The notes beneath the pieces were generated by a model. The model saw only the letters and a program-made list of their open reading frames with translations. It was not told where the DNA came from and did no database searches. From Candidatus Oxydemutator sp. (GTDB lineage Bacteria > Pseudomonadota > Gammaproteobacteria > Poriferisulfidales > Oxydemutatoraceae): a stretch of DNA of 64,000 bases. Location: NCBI GenBank assembly GCA_965203445.1, contig OZ241883.1:1600001-1664000 (forward strand), written 5' to 3'. Below, piece by piece: positions 31,703 to 41,463 of this stretch. A program made the position numbers and the translations under genes. Every line of letters begins with the position of its first letter. The first letter of the stretch is position 1.

Positions 31703-32460
31703 GCAACGTACACGACATGCAAAGCTACCGGATTGCCGAGAAGCGCCCGGATCCATATTCGGATGCGGCGTCGCGCGCGCGCTGGGCGCGGATCGAGGCG
31801 GCCCAGGAAGAGATACAAAGGGCGATAACGGCGACCGACCGGCAACTGGAAGAGACCTCCAAGGAGGTGAAGGATGCTGCCAGAGTAGCAAAAGAGGCCG
31901 CCAGGGAGGTAAAGGAAACCGCCAGAGTGTCCCGGGAGTCCATCCAGAAACTTTCCAGGCAAGTGGAAGAGACCTCCAAGGAAGTAAAGGAAACCACCAG
32001 AGCGGTAAAGGATCTCAACAAGAAAGTCGGGGGCGCGGGGCAAGTTCGGGGGCGCATCACCGAGGAGTTTTTCTATAAGGCATTGCGCGAGGAGCGGCGT
32101 ATCGGCGTGTTGAAGTTCGACGATATATACCTGAACTTCGAGGCAAAGCGCGATGGTCGGAGAACCGAATATGACCTGCTGTTGACCAACGGCGAATTGG
32201 TGGCGGTGGTCGAGGTCAAGCACAATCTGCGCCTCGACAACGTGGAGGATATGCGCAAGATACGTGCGCCGCACGCCCGTTATTATCTGCGCCGTTTCAG
32301 CGACAAGAAGATGTTGTTTGTGATGGCGTATATGACCGCGGACACCCAGGCGGTGGCCCTGGCGCACGAATGCGGCTACGCGACGCTGTCGCCGGACGGC
32401 CAGAAGGCGCGCGCGGACATAAGTTGCGTGCGCTACGTCGAGTGTGAGGAACAATCATGA
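31699..32460 (+). CDS. Coiled-coil + PD-(D/E)XK nuclease, array copy 2 (253 aa)
   Basis: Near-identical paralog; ATGA overlap with copy 1. Confidence 0.85.
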   Translation: MSNVHDMQSYRIAEKRPDPYSDAASRARWARIEAAQEEIQRAITATDRQLEETSKEVKDAARVAKEAAREVKETARVSRESIQKLSRQVEETSKEVKETTRAVKDLNKKVGGAGQVRGRITEEFFYKALREERRIGVLKFDDIYLNFEAKRDGRRTEYDLLLTNGELVAVVEVKHNLRLDNVEDMRKIRAPHARYYLRRFSDKKMLFVMAYMTADTQAVALAHECGYATLSPDGQKARADISCVRYVECEEQS

Positions 32461-33239
32461 GCAACGTACACGACATGCAAAGCTACCGGATTGCCGAGAA
32501 GCGCCCGGATCCATATTCGGATGCGGCGTCGCGCGCGCGCTGGGCGCGGATCGAGGCGGCCCAGGAAGAGATACAAAGGGCGATAGCGGCGACCGACCGG
32601 CAACTGGAAGAGACCTCCAAGGAGGTGAAGGATGCTGCCAGAGTAGCAAAAGAGGCCGCCAGGGAGGTAAAGGAAACCGCCAGAGTGTCCCGGGAGTCCA
32701 TCCAGAAACTTTCCAAGGCGATAGAAGCAGCTACCGGGCAAGTGGAAGAGACCTCCAAGGAAGTAAAGGAAACCACTAGAGCGGTAAAGGATCTCAACAA
32801 GAAAGTCGGGGGCGCGGGGCAAGTTCGGGGGCGCATCACCGAGGAGTTTTTCTATAAGGCATTGCGCGAGGAGCGGCGTATCGGCGTGTTGAAGTTCGAC
32901 GATATATACCTGAACTTCGAGGCAAAGCGCGATGGTCGGAGAACCGAATATGACCTGCTGTTGACCAACGGCGAATTGGTGGCGGTGGTCGAGGTCAAGC
33001 ACAATCTGCGCCTCGACAACGTGGAGGATATGCGCAAGATACGTGCGCCGCACGCCCGTTATTATCTGCGCCGTTTCAGCGACAAGAAGATGTTGTTTGT
33101 GATGGCGTATATGACCGCGGACACCCAGGCGGTGGCCCTGGCGCACGAATGCGGCTACGCGACGCTGTCGCCGGACGGCCAGAAGGCGCGCGCGGACATA
33201 AGTTGTGTGCGCTACGTCGAGTGTGAGGAACAATCATGA
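32457..33239 (+). CDS. Coiled-coil + PD-(D/E)XK nuclease, array copy 3 (260 aa)
   Basis: Near-identical paralog; ATGA overlap. Confidence 0.85.
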   Translation: MSNVHDMQSYRIAEKRPDPYSDAASRARWARIEAAQEEIQRAIAATDRQLEETSKEVKDAARVAKEAAREVKETARVSRESIQKLSKAIEAATGQVEETSKEVKETTRAVKDLNKKVGGAGQVRGRITEEFFYKALREERRIGVLKFDDIYLNFEAKRDGRRTEYDLLLTNGELVAVVEVKHNLRLDNVEDMRKIRAPHARYYLRRFSDKKMLFVMAYMTADTQAVALAHECGYATLSPDGQKARADISCVRYVECEEQS

Positions 33240-33976
33240 GCAACGTACACGACATGCAAAGCTACCGGATTGCCGAGAAGCGCCCGGATCCATATTCGGA
33301 TGCGGCGTCGCGCGCGCGCTGGGCGCGGATCGAGGCGGCCCAGGAAGAGATACAAAGGGCGATAGCGGCGACCGACCGGCAACTGGAAGAGGCCGCCAGG
33401 GAGGTAAAGGAAACCGCCAGAGTGTCCCGGGAGTCCATCCAGAAACTTTCCAAGGCGATAGAAGCAGCTACCAGGCAAGTGGAAGAGACCTCCAAGGAAG
33501 TAAAGGAAACCACCAGAGCGGTAAAGGATCTCAACAAGAAAGTCGGGGGCGCGGGGCAAGTTCGGGGGCGCATCACCGAGGAGTTTTTCTATAAGGCATT
33601 GCGCGAGGAGCGGCGTATCGGCGTGTTGAAGTTCGACGATATATACCTGAACTTCGAGGCAAAGCGCGATGGTCGGAGAACCGAATATGACCTGCTGTTG
33701 ACCAACGGCGAGTTGGTGGCGGTGGTCGAGGTCAAGCACAATCTGCGCCTCGACAACGTGGAGGATATGCGCAAGATACGTGCGCCGCACGCCCGTTATT
33801 ATCTGCGCCGTTTCAGCGACAAGAAGATGTTGTTTGTGATGGCGTATATGACCGCGGACACCCAGGCGGTGGCCCTGGCGCACGAATGCGGCTACGCGAC
33901 GCTGTCGCCGGACGGCCAGAAGGCGCGCGCGGACATAAGTTGTGTGCGCTACGTCGAGTGTGAGGAACAATCATGA
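33236..33976 (+). CDS. Coiled-coil + PD-(D/E)XK nuclease, array copy 4 (246 aa)
   Basis: Near-identical paralog; ATGA overlap. Confidence 0.85.
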   Translation: MSNVHDMQSYRIAEKRPDPYSDAASRARWARIEAAQEEIQRAIAATDRQLEEAAREVKETARVSRESIQKLSKAIEAATRQVEETSKEVKETTRAVKDLNKKVGGAGQVRGRITEEFFYKALREERRIGVLKFDDIYLNFEAKRDGRRTEYDLLLTNGELVAVVEVKHNLRLDNVEDMRKIRAPHARYYLRRFSDKKMLFVMAYMTADTQAVALAHECGYATLSPDGQKARADISCVRYVECEEQS

Positions 33977-34692
33977 GCAACGTACACGACATGCAAAGCT
34001 ACCGGATTGCCGAGAAGCGCCCGGATCCATATTCGGATGCGGCGTCGCGCGCGCGCTGGGCGCGGATCGAGGCGGCCCAGGAAGAGATACAAAGGGCGAT
34101 AGCGGCGACCGACCGGCAACTGGAAGAGGCCGCCAGGGAGGTAAAGGAAACCGCCAGAGTGTCCCGGGAGTCCATCCAGAAACTTTCCAGGCAAGTGGAA
34201 GAGACCTCCAAGGAAGTAAAGGCAACCACCAGAGCGGTAAAGGATCTCAACAAGAAAGTCGGGGGCGCGGGGCAAGTTCGGGGGCGCATCACCGAGGAGT
34301 TTTTCTATAAGGCATTGCGCGAGGAGCGGCGTATCGGCGTGTTGAAGTTCGACGATATATACCTGAACTTCGAGGCAAAGCGCGATGGTCGGAGAACCGA
34401 ATATGACCTGCTGTTGACCAACGGCGAGTTGGTGGCGGTGGTCGAGGTCAAGCACAATCTGCGCCTCGACAACGTGGAGGATATGCGCAAGATACGTGCG
34501 CCGCACGCCCGTTATTATCTGCGCCGTTTCAGCGACAAGAAGATGTTGTTTGTGATGGCGTATATGACTGCGGACACCCAGGCGGTGGCCCTGGCGCACG
34601 AATGCGGCTACGCGACGCTGTCGCCGGATGGTCAGAAGGCGCGCGCGGACATAAGTTGCGTACGCTACGTCGAGTGTGAGGAACAATCATGA
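33973..34692 (+). CDS. Coiled-coil + PD-(D/E)XK nuclease, array copy 5 (239 aa, shortest stalk)
   Basis: Near-identical paralog; ATGA overlap. Confidence 0.85.
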   Translation: MSNVHDMQSYRIAEKRPDPYSDAASRARWARIEAAQEEIQRAIAATDRQLEEAAREVKETARVSRESIQKLSRQVEETSKEVKATTRAVKDLNKKVGGAGQVRGRITEEFFYKALREERRIGVLKFDDIYLNFEAKRDGRRTEYDLLLTNGELVAVVEVKHNLRLDNVEDMRKIRAPHARYYLRRFSDKKMLFVMAYMTADTQAVALAHECGYATLSPDGQKARADISCVRYVECEEQS

Positions 34693-35513
34693 GCAACGTA
34701 CACGACATGCAAAGCTACCGGATTGCCGAGAAGCGCCCGGATCCATATTCGGATGCGGCGTCGCGCGCGCGCTGGGCGCGGATCGAGGCGGCCCAGGAAG
34801 AGATACAAAGGGCGATAGCGGCGACCGACCGGCAACTGGAAGAGACCTCCAAGGAGGTGAAGGATGCTGCCAGAGTAGCAAAAGAGGCCGCCAGGGAGGT
34901 AAAGGAAACCGCCAGAGTGTCCCGGGAGTCCATCCAGAAACTTTCCAAGGCGATAGAAGCAGCTACCAGGCAAGTGGAAGAGACCTCCAAGGAAGTAAAG
35001 AAAACCACCAGGCAAGTGGAAGAGACCTCCAAGGAAGTAAAGGCAACCACCAGAGCGATAAAGGATCTCAACAAGAAAGTCGGGGGCGCGGGGCAAGTTC
35101 GGGGGCGCATCACCGAGGAGTTTTTCTATAAGGCATTGCGCGAGGAGCGGCGTATCGGCGTGTTGAAGTTCGACGATATATACCTGAACTTCGAGGCAAA
35201 GCGCGATGGTCGGAGAACCGAATATGACTTGCTGTTGACCAACGGCGAATTGGTGGCGGTGGTCGAGGTCAAGCACAATCTGCGCCTCGACAACGTGGAG
35301 GATATGCGCAAGATACGTGCGCCGCACGCCCGTTATTATCTGCGCCGTTTCAGCGACAAGAAGATGTTGTTTGTGATGGCGTATATGACCGCGGACACCC
35401 AGGCGGTGGCCCTGGCGCACGAATGCGGCTACGCGACGCTGTCGCCGGATGGTCAGAAGGCGCGCGCGGACATAAGTTGCGTACGCTACGTCGAGTGTGA
35501 GGAACAATCATGA
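34689..35513 (+). CDS. Coiled-coil + PD-(D/E)XK nuclease, array copy 6 (274 aa)
   Basis: Near-identical paralog; ATGA overlap. Confidence 0.85.
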   Translation: MSNVHDMQSYRIAEKRPDPYSDAASRARWARIEAAQEEIQRAIAATDRQLEETSKEVKDAARVAKEAAREVKETARVSRESIQKLSKAIEAATRQVEETSKEVKKTTRQVEETSKEVKATTRAIKDLNKKVGGAGQVRGRITEEFFYKALREERRIGVLKFDDIYLNFEAKRDGRRTEYDLLLTNGELVAVVEVKHNLRLDNVEDMRKIRAPHARYYLRRFSDKKMLFVMAYMTADTQAVALAHECGYATLSPDGQKARADISCVRYVECEEQS

Positions 35514-35537
35514 GCGGTGTACTATAATCGCAACAGC

Positions 35538-35864
35538 ATGGAAAACCGAGAACTCAACGACCGCCTTGCCGCCATCGAGGGCAGAGTAACTGCCATCGAG
35601 GGCAGAGTGGCGGCCATCGAGGGCAACATAAAGGTCCTTGAAAATGACGTGGCGCATATCCAGCGAGACGTTACCGAGATCAAGACCGGCATAAAGGTAT
35701 TGACAGAGAACGTTGCCAAGATGATGGGGATGATGACGAATTTAGCCGGCTTGCCCGAGAAGGTGGAAAAGCAGGGCCGGGAAATCGGCCGCCTGCAAGG
35801 GGGAGCTGCCGTTATCGTCAGCCTTGCAGTCGCCGTAGGTATCTTCTACAAACTCTTCTTCTGA
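35538..35864 (+). CDS. Small heptad-repeat coiled-coil protein with C-terminal TM anchor
   Basis: RLAAIEG/RVTAIEG/RVAAIEG heptads; C-terminal GAAVIVSLAVAVGIFYKLFF; TATAAT at 35523-35528 just upstream of the ATG. Confidence 0.75.
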   Translation: MENRELNDRLAAIEGRVTAIEGRVAAIEGNIKVLENDVAHIQRDVTEIKTGIKVLTENVAKMMGMMTNLAGLPEKVEKQGREIGRLQGGAAVIVSLAVAVGIFYKLFF

Positions 35865-35953
35865 GCGCTTCAGCCTTGAGGCGCCACGCGAACCGGCGCG
35901 GTGGATTATCGAGACGCCGCCGGCAACAAAACGTCTGTGCTTTGGAAACGGCG

Positions 35954-35968
35954 GGACATTTGTGCTTT
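35954..35968 (+). repeat. 15-bp direct repeat GGACATTTGTGCTTT, copy 2
   Basis: Exact match to 30726-30740; followed by GGTTTGACAC. Confidence 0.85.
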
Positions 35969-36001
35969 GGTTTGACACGACGTTGAGAGCCGGTGCCGGA
36001 T

Positions 36002-36231
36002 ATGCTGGGGGATAGACCTTCATCAGCTGCTCAGGCGCATTCCCGACGCCACCGAAGATTGAGGCGAAGGCGGTGGCGGACTCGATTGCCCAAGCCGACG
36101 AAATAGTCACTAAGGCCGATTTGGAGGCTGCGCTTGCCCGGCTCGAGGCTAAGCTGACCAGATTGATATTCAGCGCCGCCGCCGTTGTTATCGCCGCGGT
36201 CAGCGCAATAACGAAGTTCATCATCACCTGA
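36002..36231 (+). pseudogene. Frameshifted DUF1640/CCDC90-like coiled-coil membrane-anchored protein (~75 aa)
   Basis: Removing one G in the G5 run (~36007-36011) and one T (~36060) gives MLGIDLHQLLRRIPDATEDEAKAVADSIAQADEIVTKADLEAALARLEAKLTRLIFSAAAVVIAAVSAITKFIIT*, with a VTKADL neck motif and C-terminal TM. Confidence 0.6.
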
Positions 36232-36358
36232 TATGCGCCGCCGGCGCCGCGGTCCAGGCCACGGACCGGTGCCGAATCACCCATGGAGACGCTGGCGGGG
36301 AGACCATCAAAGCGCTAAGTGCTGCCGCCAATGGGACGCCCGTACTTCGGAAACAATA

Positions 36359-36373
36359 GGACATTTGTGCTTT
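36359..36373 (+). repeat. 15-bp direct repeat GGACATTTGTGCTTT, copy 3
   Basis: Exact match; lies directly upstream of the pyrB promoter. Confidence 0.85.
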
Positions 36374-36397
36374 GGCTTTACAGTTTGACACCCGAAC

Positions 36398-36427
36398 TTG
36401 ACGGGTTTGCGGGTGCCGTCTTACAAT
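36398..36427 (+). promoter_or_regulatory. sigma70 promoter of the pyrB operon
   Basis: TTGACG - 18 bp - TACAAT, 9 nt before the GTG at 36437. Confidence 0.55.
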
Positions 36428-36436
36428 GGCTTTTTA

Positions 36437-37426
36437 GTGACCGCCCGCGCTTCTTCCCGTTCCCGTCTTCAGCTCAATTCCCAGGGCCGGCTGCGGCATT
36501 TTCTCGGCATCGAGGGGCTTGGGCGCGAGCATCTGCTTGACATATTAGACGTCGCACGCTCTTTCGCGGTCGCCGGCGGGCGCGTCGTCAGGAAGGTGCC
36601 GTTGCTGCGCGGCAAGACCGTCGCCAATCTGTTCTTCGAGGCGAGCACGCGCACGCGCTCGACCTTCGAGCTTGCGGCCAAACGCCTGTCCGCGGACGTG
36701 CTCAACCTCAATATAGACGTGGCCGCGGTGCACAAGGGCGAGTCGCTGATAGACACGCTCAGAAACGTGCGCGCGATGGGCGTGGACATGTTCGTCGTGC
36801 GCCACGGCGCCAGCGGCGCCGCGCAATTCATCGCGCGCAACGTCGACGAAGGCGTCGCCGTGATCAACGCCGGCGACGGCGGACACGAGCACCCGACGCA
36901 GGCGATGCTCGACGCGTTCACGATCCGCCACTACAAGAAAAGCTTTCCCGGGCTGCGCGTCGCAATCGTCGGCGACATCCGCCATTCGCGCGTCGCGCGT
37001 TCCCAGATCGCGGCCTTGAACGTGCTCGGCGTCGGCGAGGTGCGCGTCATCGGCCCGGCGACGCTGATGCCGGCGGGCGTCGAGCGCCTGGGCGCGCGCG
37101 TGTTCCACGACTGCGAGCGCGGGCTGGCCGGGGCCGACGTCGTGATCATCCTGCGTTTGCAAAAGGAACGGATGCGCGGCGGTTTTCTGCCGAGCGAGGG
37201 CGAGTATTACCGCCGCTACGGTCTCAATGCGCGGCGTCTTGCGCTGGCCGCCGACGACGCCATCGTCATGCACCCGGGGCCGATCAACCGCGGCGTCGAG
37301 ATCAGTTCGCTGGTCGCCGACGGCAGCCGGTCGGTGATCCTGCGCCAGGTTACGTTCGGCATCGCGGTGCGCATGGCGGTGATGTCGCTGGCGCTCGGCG
37401 GGCGCATGGGCGGAGGCGATCGGTGA
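36437..37426 (+). CDS. pyrB: Aspartate carbamoyltransferase catalytic subunit
   Basis: [48 protein letters not shown]. Start is uncertain (36398 in the ORF track). Confidence 0.96.
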   Translation: MTARASSRSRLQLNSQGRLRHFLGIEGLGREHLLDILDVARSFAVAGGRVVRKVPLLRGKTVANLFFEASTRTRSTFELAAKRLSADVLNLNIDVAAVHKGESLIDTLRNVRAMGVDMFVVRHGASGAAQFIARNVDEGVAVINAGDGGHEHPTQAMLDAFTIRHYKKSFPGLRVAIVGDIRHSRVARSQIAALNVLGVGEVRVIGPATLMPAGVERLGARVFHDCERGLAGADVVIILRLQKERMRGGFLPSEGEYYRRYGLNARRLALAADDAIVMHPGPINRGVEISSLVADGSRSVILRQVTFGIAVRMAVMSLALGGRMGGGDR

Positions 37427-38700
37427 ACGTGCTGATACGCGGCGCGCGCGTGCTGAATCCCGCCGACGGCGGCGACGGACGGCGCGCCGACGTCGTCATC
37501 GAGCGCGGTGTCATCGCCGCCATCGGCAAGACGCCGCCCGCCTTCGAGCCGCACCAGGTTATCGAGGCCGACGGCCTGCTCGCGCTGCCCGGTCTGGTGG
37601 ACTTGGCCGTGTGCCTGCGCGAACCGGGGTTCGAGCACAAGGGAACGATTTTCTCCGAGACCCGGGCCGCCGCCGCCGGCGGCGTGACGACGCTGTGCTG
37701 CATGCCCGAGACGCGCCCGGTGGTGGATACGCCGGCGACGGTCGAGCTGATCCGCCGGCGTGCCGACGAGGCCTCTTTTTGCCGCGTGCTCGTCGTCGGC
37801 GCGCTCAGTCGCGGCCTCGGCGGCGAGGAGTTGAGCGAGATGGCGGCGCTCAAGGAAGCCGGCTGCGTCGCGTTCGGCAACGGTCTGCATCCGTTTCACG
37901 ATTTGCGCGTGCTCAAGCGCGCGATGGAATACGCCGCGGGGCTTGCGATGCCGCTGTTTCTGCACGTCCAGGACGCGGCGCTCGCCGCCGGCGGCTGCGC
38001 CCACGACGGTGCGTGCGCGACGCGCCTGGGGCTTGCCGGCATCCCGGCCTCGGCCGAGGGCGCCGCGCTCGGGCAGTGTCTGGCGCTGGTCGAGGATACC
38101 GGCGCGCGCGTGCATTTTTGCCGCTTGTCGTGCGCGCGCTCGGTCGAGCTGATGGCGTCGGCGCGCGCGCGCGGCCTGCCGGTGACCGCCGACGTCGCCG
38201 CCCACCAGCTGTTTCTGACCGACGACGACGTCGGCGATTTCAACCCGGATTGCCACGTGTTGCCGCCGCTGCGCGACGGCGCCGACCGCGCGGCGTTGCG
38301 CGAGGGTCTGCGCGATGGCGTGATAGACGCGGTGTGCTCGGACCACCAGCCGCACGACATCAACGCCAAGTTGGCGCCGTTTCCGGCGAGCGAGCCGGGC
38401 GCCGCGGGCGTCGAAACACTGCTGCCGCTGTTGCTGCGCCTGGCTCGCACCGACGACTTTGACCTGGCGCGGGCGCTGGCGTTGGCCACGTCGCGTCCGG
38501 CGTCGCTGCTGGCCGGCGCGCACGGGCAACTGCGCACGGGCGGGCGCGCCGACCTGTGTCTGGTGGACGCCGACGCGGCCTTTGAAGTTACCGCCGAAAG
38601 CCTATACAGCAGCGGCAAAAACACGCCGTTTCTCGGCGCGACGCTGCCGGGCCGGGTGCGCTGGACGCTCTACCGGGGCCGCGTCGTCCACGAGGCGTGA
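37423..38700 (+). CDS. pyrC: Dihydroorotase-like protein (PyrC', probably catalytically inactive ATCase partner)
   Basis: PGLVDL...REPG, SDHQPH, KNTPF. The metal-binding HxH is replaced by AVC, as in Pseudomonas-type PyrC'. Confidence 0.88.
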   Translation: MNVLIRGARVLNPADGGDGRRADVVIERGVIAAIGKTPPAFEPHQVIEADGLLALPGLVDLAVCLREPGFEHKGTIFSETRAAAAGGVTTLCCMPETRPVVDTPATVELIRRRADEASFCRVLVVGALSRGLGGEELSEMAALKEAGCVAFGNGLHPFHDLRVLKRAMEYAAGLAMPLFLHVQDAALAAGGCAHDGACATRLGLAGIPASAEGAALGQCLALVEDTGARVHFCRLSCARSVELMASARARGLPVTADVAAHQLFLTDDDVGDFNPDCHVLPPLRDGADRAALREGLRDGVIDAVCSDHQPHDINAKLAPFPASEPGAAGVETLLPLLLRLARTDDFDLARALALATSRPASLLAGAHGQLRTGGRADLCLVDADAAFEVTAESLYSSGKNTPFLGATLPGRVRWTLYRGRVVHEA

Positions 38701-39599
38701 AATCCGTGGCCGGTAGCCCGCGTGTCCCCCGCGAGCCGACGATTTTTTCGGAGCAGGCGCGCGTCGTCTCGCATACGGCGTTCGCCGACGATCAGTACGT
38801 TCTGCGGTTGCACGCGCCGCGTGCCGCGGCCGCGCAACCCGGGCAGTTTGTGCATCTGCGCTGCGCCGGCGACTTGCCGCTGCGCCGCCCGTACTCGGTG
38901 TTGGCGGCCGACGCTGCCGCCGGCACGCTCGACCTCCTGTACAAGGTCGTCGGCGACGGCGGGCGCCGCCTGGCGGCGGTGCGCGCGGGCGACTCCCTGG
39001 GCTTGCTGGGGCCCATCGGCAACACGTTCGCGCCGCGTCCCGAACGCCCGAAGCTGCTGCTGATCGGCGGCGGCGTGGGTATTCCGCCGGTCGTGTTCCT
39101 GGCCGAGCGCGCCCGCGACGACGCGCGTTATCAGCCGTTCGTGTTTCTCGGTTCGGAGATCGCGTTTCCTTTCCGGGTTGCCGAATCGGCGCTGGCGTTC
39201 ACGGGCGTAGCCGATGCGACCAACGCGACGATGGAAGCGCTCGAGCGCCGTGGCGTCGCGGCGCGGCTTGCGAGCGGGCGCGCCGGCGAGCGCGGCTTTG
39301 AAGGCTGTCATCGCGGCACCGTCGTTGATCTCGCGCACCAATGGCTGGCCTCGGCGCCGTCGCGCACGGTCGAGGCGGCCGCGGTGTTCGCGTGCGGCCC
39401 GCGCCCGATGCTTGCGGCCGTGGCGCGGCTTGCGGCACGCTACGCGCTGCCGTGCCAGGTCGCGCTCGAGGAATACATGGCCTGCGGCGTCGGCGGCTGC
39501 GCCGGCTGCACGGTCGCGGTGCGCGAGGAGCGGCGCGTCGTGATGCGCCGCGTGTGCGTGGATGGCCCGGTGTTCGACGCCGCCGGCGTCTTCTTCTGA
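38697..39599 (+). CDS. pyrK: Dihydroorotate dehydrogenase electron transfer subunit
   Basis: [43 protein letters not shown]. Confidence 0.9.
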   Translation: MKSVAGSPRVPREPTIFSEQARVVSHTAFADDQYVLRLHAPRAAAAQPGQFVHLRCAGDLPLRRPYSVLAADAAAGTLDLLYKVVGDGGRRLAAVRAGDSLGLLGPIGNTFAPRPERPKLLLIGGGVGIPPVVFLAERARDDARYQPFVFLGSEIAFPFRVAESALAFTGVADATNATMEALERRGVAARLASGRAGERGFEGCHRGTVVDLAHQWLASAPSRTVEAAAVFACGPRPMLAAVARLAARYALPCQVALEEYMACGVGGCAGCTVAVREERRVVMRRVCVDGPVFDAAGVFF

Positions 39600-39652
39600 C
39601 GCCGGTATCCGCGGGTGCCGTGGGCCGCTTTCCGTGTTGTTCCTTCCTTGGC

Positions 39653-40351
39653 GTGAACCAGGCTGACTCCATCGCCGCCCGGTTGGCGGCCGTGCGCCGC
39701 CGGATCGCCGCGGCCGAGGCCGCCTGCGGGCGTGAACCGGGCAGCGTGCGCCTGCTGGTCGCGTCGAAAGCGCACGCCGCGGCGGCCGTCGCCGAGGCCG
39801 CCGACGCCGGGCAGCGCGACTTCGGAGAGAATTACCTGCAGGAGGCGCAAGCCAAGATCGAGGCGCTGCGCGGACGCCCGCTGTGCTGGCATTTTATCGG
39901 CGCGATCCAGAGCAACAAGACGCGCGCGATCGCGGCGCGTTTCGATTGGGTGCACGGCGTCGCGCGCCCCTCGATCGCGAGGCGTCTGAGCGAACAGCGT
40001 CCCGCGCGGCGGCCCGAACTGAACGTGTGCCTGCAAGTCAACGTCGACGCCGAACCGGGCAAGGCCGGCGTCGCGCCGTCCGAGGTCGCGGCGCTCGCGG
40101 CGCAAGTCGCGGCGTTGCCACGCCTCGCGCTGCGCGGCCTGATGGCGATTCCGAAGCCGCTCGCGGAGCTTGCGGCCCGGCGGCGTGCCTTTGCGCGATT
40201 GCGCGCGTTGTTCGAGGACCTAGCGGCGCGTTGCGGCGGCGACGATTTCGACACGCTGTCCGTCGGCATGAGCGGCGACTTCGAGGCCGCGATTGCCGAG
40301 GGTGCGACCATCGTGCGCATCGGCAGCGCGGTGATGGGGCCGCGGGCCTAG
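39653..40351 (+). CDS. yggS: PLP homeostasis protein (YggS family)
   Basis: LLVASK, FGENYLQEA, WHFIGAIQSNK, LRGLMAIP, GMSGDFEAAIAEGATIVRIG; start placed at the GTG at 39653. Confidence 0.93.
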   Translation: MNQADSIAARLAAVRRRIAAAEAACGREPGSVRLLVASKAHAAAAVAEAADAGQRDFGENYLQEAQAKIEALRGRPLCWHFIGAIQSNKTRAIAARFDWVHGVARPSIARRLSEQRPARRPELNVCLQVNVDAEPGKAGVAPSEVAALAAQVAALPRLALRGLMAIPKPLAELAARRRAFARLRALFEDLAARCGGDDFDTLSVGMSGDFEAAIAEGATIVRIGSAVMGPRA

Positions 40352-40468
40352 GCGTCGTGCTCGTCGTCGTGCTCGTCGTGCCCGCCGCGCCCGTCGCGGA
40401 GCGCCCGCGACGGGTGCGGCGGACGCCTCTGTTGAAGCCGCTGAAGCCGGCGCCCGCGAGCCGCGCGT

Positions 40469-40972
40469 CTATCGGGTCGTCAGGATTTCGACCGACAGCG
40501 GATCGCGGCCGCGCAGCTTGATCTGCTGGTTCGCCTCGAGTGCTACGGTGGCGCCGCAGACGTCGGGGCACACCGGCATCTCGCGCCCGCCCCGGTCTAT
40601 CAGCACCGCGAGCACGACCGCGGCCGCGCGCCCGTAGTCGGCAAGCTCGTTGAGCGCGGCGCACACGGTGCGCCCGGTGTGCAGCACGTCGTCTACCAGG
40701 ATGACGTGCCGGTCGTTCACGTCCGAGGTGATCGCCGACGGGCGCACGCGCGGATTCAGGCCGACGCGGCTGAAGTCGTCGCGGTAGAAATTGATGTCGA
40801 GCACGCCGAGCGGCGTGCCGACGTCGAGCGCGCGGTGCAGCCGCTCGGCGACCCATTCGCCGCCGGTGTGGACGCCTATGATGATCGGATCACGCAGGCC
40901 GCGCGAGCGTATCAGTGCCTTCAGTTCGTCCGCCATGCGCGCGATCAGCGTTTCCGGCTGTATTTCGTTCAT
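40469..40972 (-). CDS. pyrR: PyrR pyrimidine operon regulator / uracil phosphoribosyltransferase
   Basis: LDINFYRDDF, VILVDDVLHTGRT, LIDRGGREMP. Confidence 0.93.
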   Translation of the reverse strand: MNEIQPETLIARMADELKALIRSRGLRDPIIIGVHTGGEWVAERLHRALDVGTPLGVLDINFYRDDFSRVGLNPRVRPSAITSDVNDRHVILVDDVLHTGRTVCAALNELADYGRAAAVVLAVLIDRGGREMPVCPDVCGATVALEANQQIKLRGRDPLSVEILTTR

Positions 40973-41463
40973 CGTCGCGCCGGCCGCGGCTTCGGCGGAT
41001 TGCCGCGGGCGTTCATTGGTGCCGGCGTTCGCGGGCGGCGCGCGCACGGCGTCTTTGCATAGTCGGCGAGCCATCCCTCTACTATCAGCGCCGCCGCGGC
41101 CTTGTCAATCTCCTCCTTGCGGATCGCGCGCCGCCGTCGTTTGAGCAGCGCGTAGGCTTCGTTCGAGGTGCAGGTCTCGCTTGCGGCGTGCACCGGCAAG
41201 TCCAGGCGCCGCCGCAGCCCCGAGACAAAACCTTGCAGATGGCGCAGCAGCCGCGGCGGCGAACGCTCGTCCGGTTTGCCGACGACCAGACAACACGGCA
41301 GCCACGTTGCGCACAGTTCCTCGAGGCGCCGCCATTCGGGGCGTCCGTCACGACATCGAAGCGTCGTCAGCGGCTGTACGGTGCGCGTCTGCACGTCGCC
41401 GACGGCGACGCCGATGCGCGCCAGCCCGTAGTCGAAACCGAGCACCTTACCCGTGTTTTTCAT
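40969..41463 (-). CDS. yqgF: YqgF/RuvX pre-16S rRNA nuclease
   Basis: VLGFDYGLARIGVAVG, E..TS.EA, ID..AA.LI; located between gshB and pyrR. Confidence 0.9.
   Translation of the reverse strand: MKNTGKVLGFDYGLARIGVAVGDVQTRTVQPLTTLRCRDGRPEWRRLEELCATWLPCCLVVGKPDERSPPRLLRHLQGFVSGLRRRLDLPVHAASETCTSNEAYALLKRRRRAIRKEEIDKAAAALIVEGWLADYAKTPCARRPRTPAPMNARGNPPKPRPARR

Noticed and set aside
30425-35507. Repeated 245-423-aa antisense ORFs across the array
   Set aside because: They mirror the sense genes and lack start signals; the sense frame carries the nuclease motif.
30875-35513. Array as a pure assembly artefact, or as a diversity-generating retroelement target
   Set aside because: Each copy has distinct in-frame modules and private or mosaic SNPs, which argues against simple artefact (long reads are still needed). 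No reverse transcriptase or adenine-specific variation is present.
37423-38700. Loss of catalytic histidines in pyrC as a novelty or pseudogene
   Set aside because: Inactive PyrC' paired with PyrB is established in Pseudomonas-type ATCases.
40354-40380. Short GTCGTGCTCGTC micro-repeat between yggS and pyrR
   Set aside because: Only about two copies of a 12-mer in GC-rich DNA, with no supportable function.
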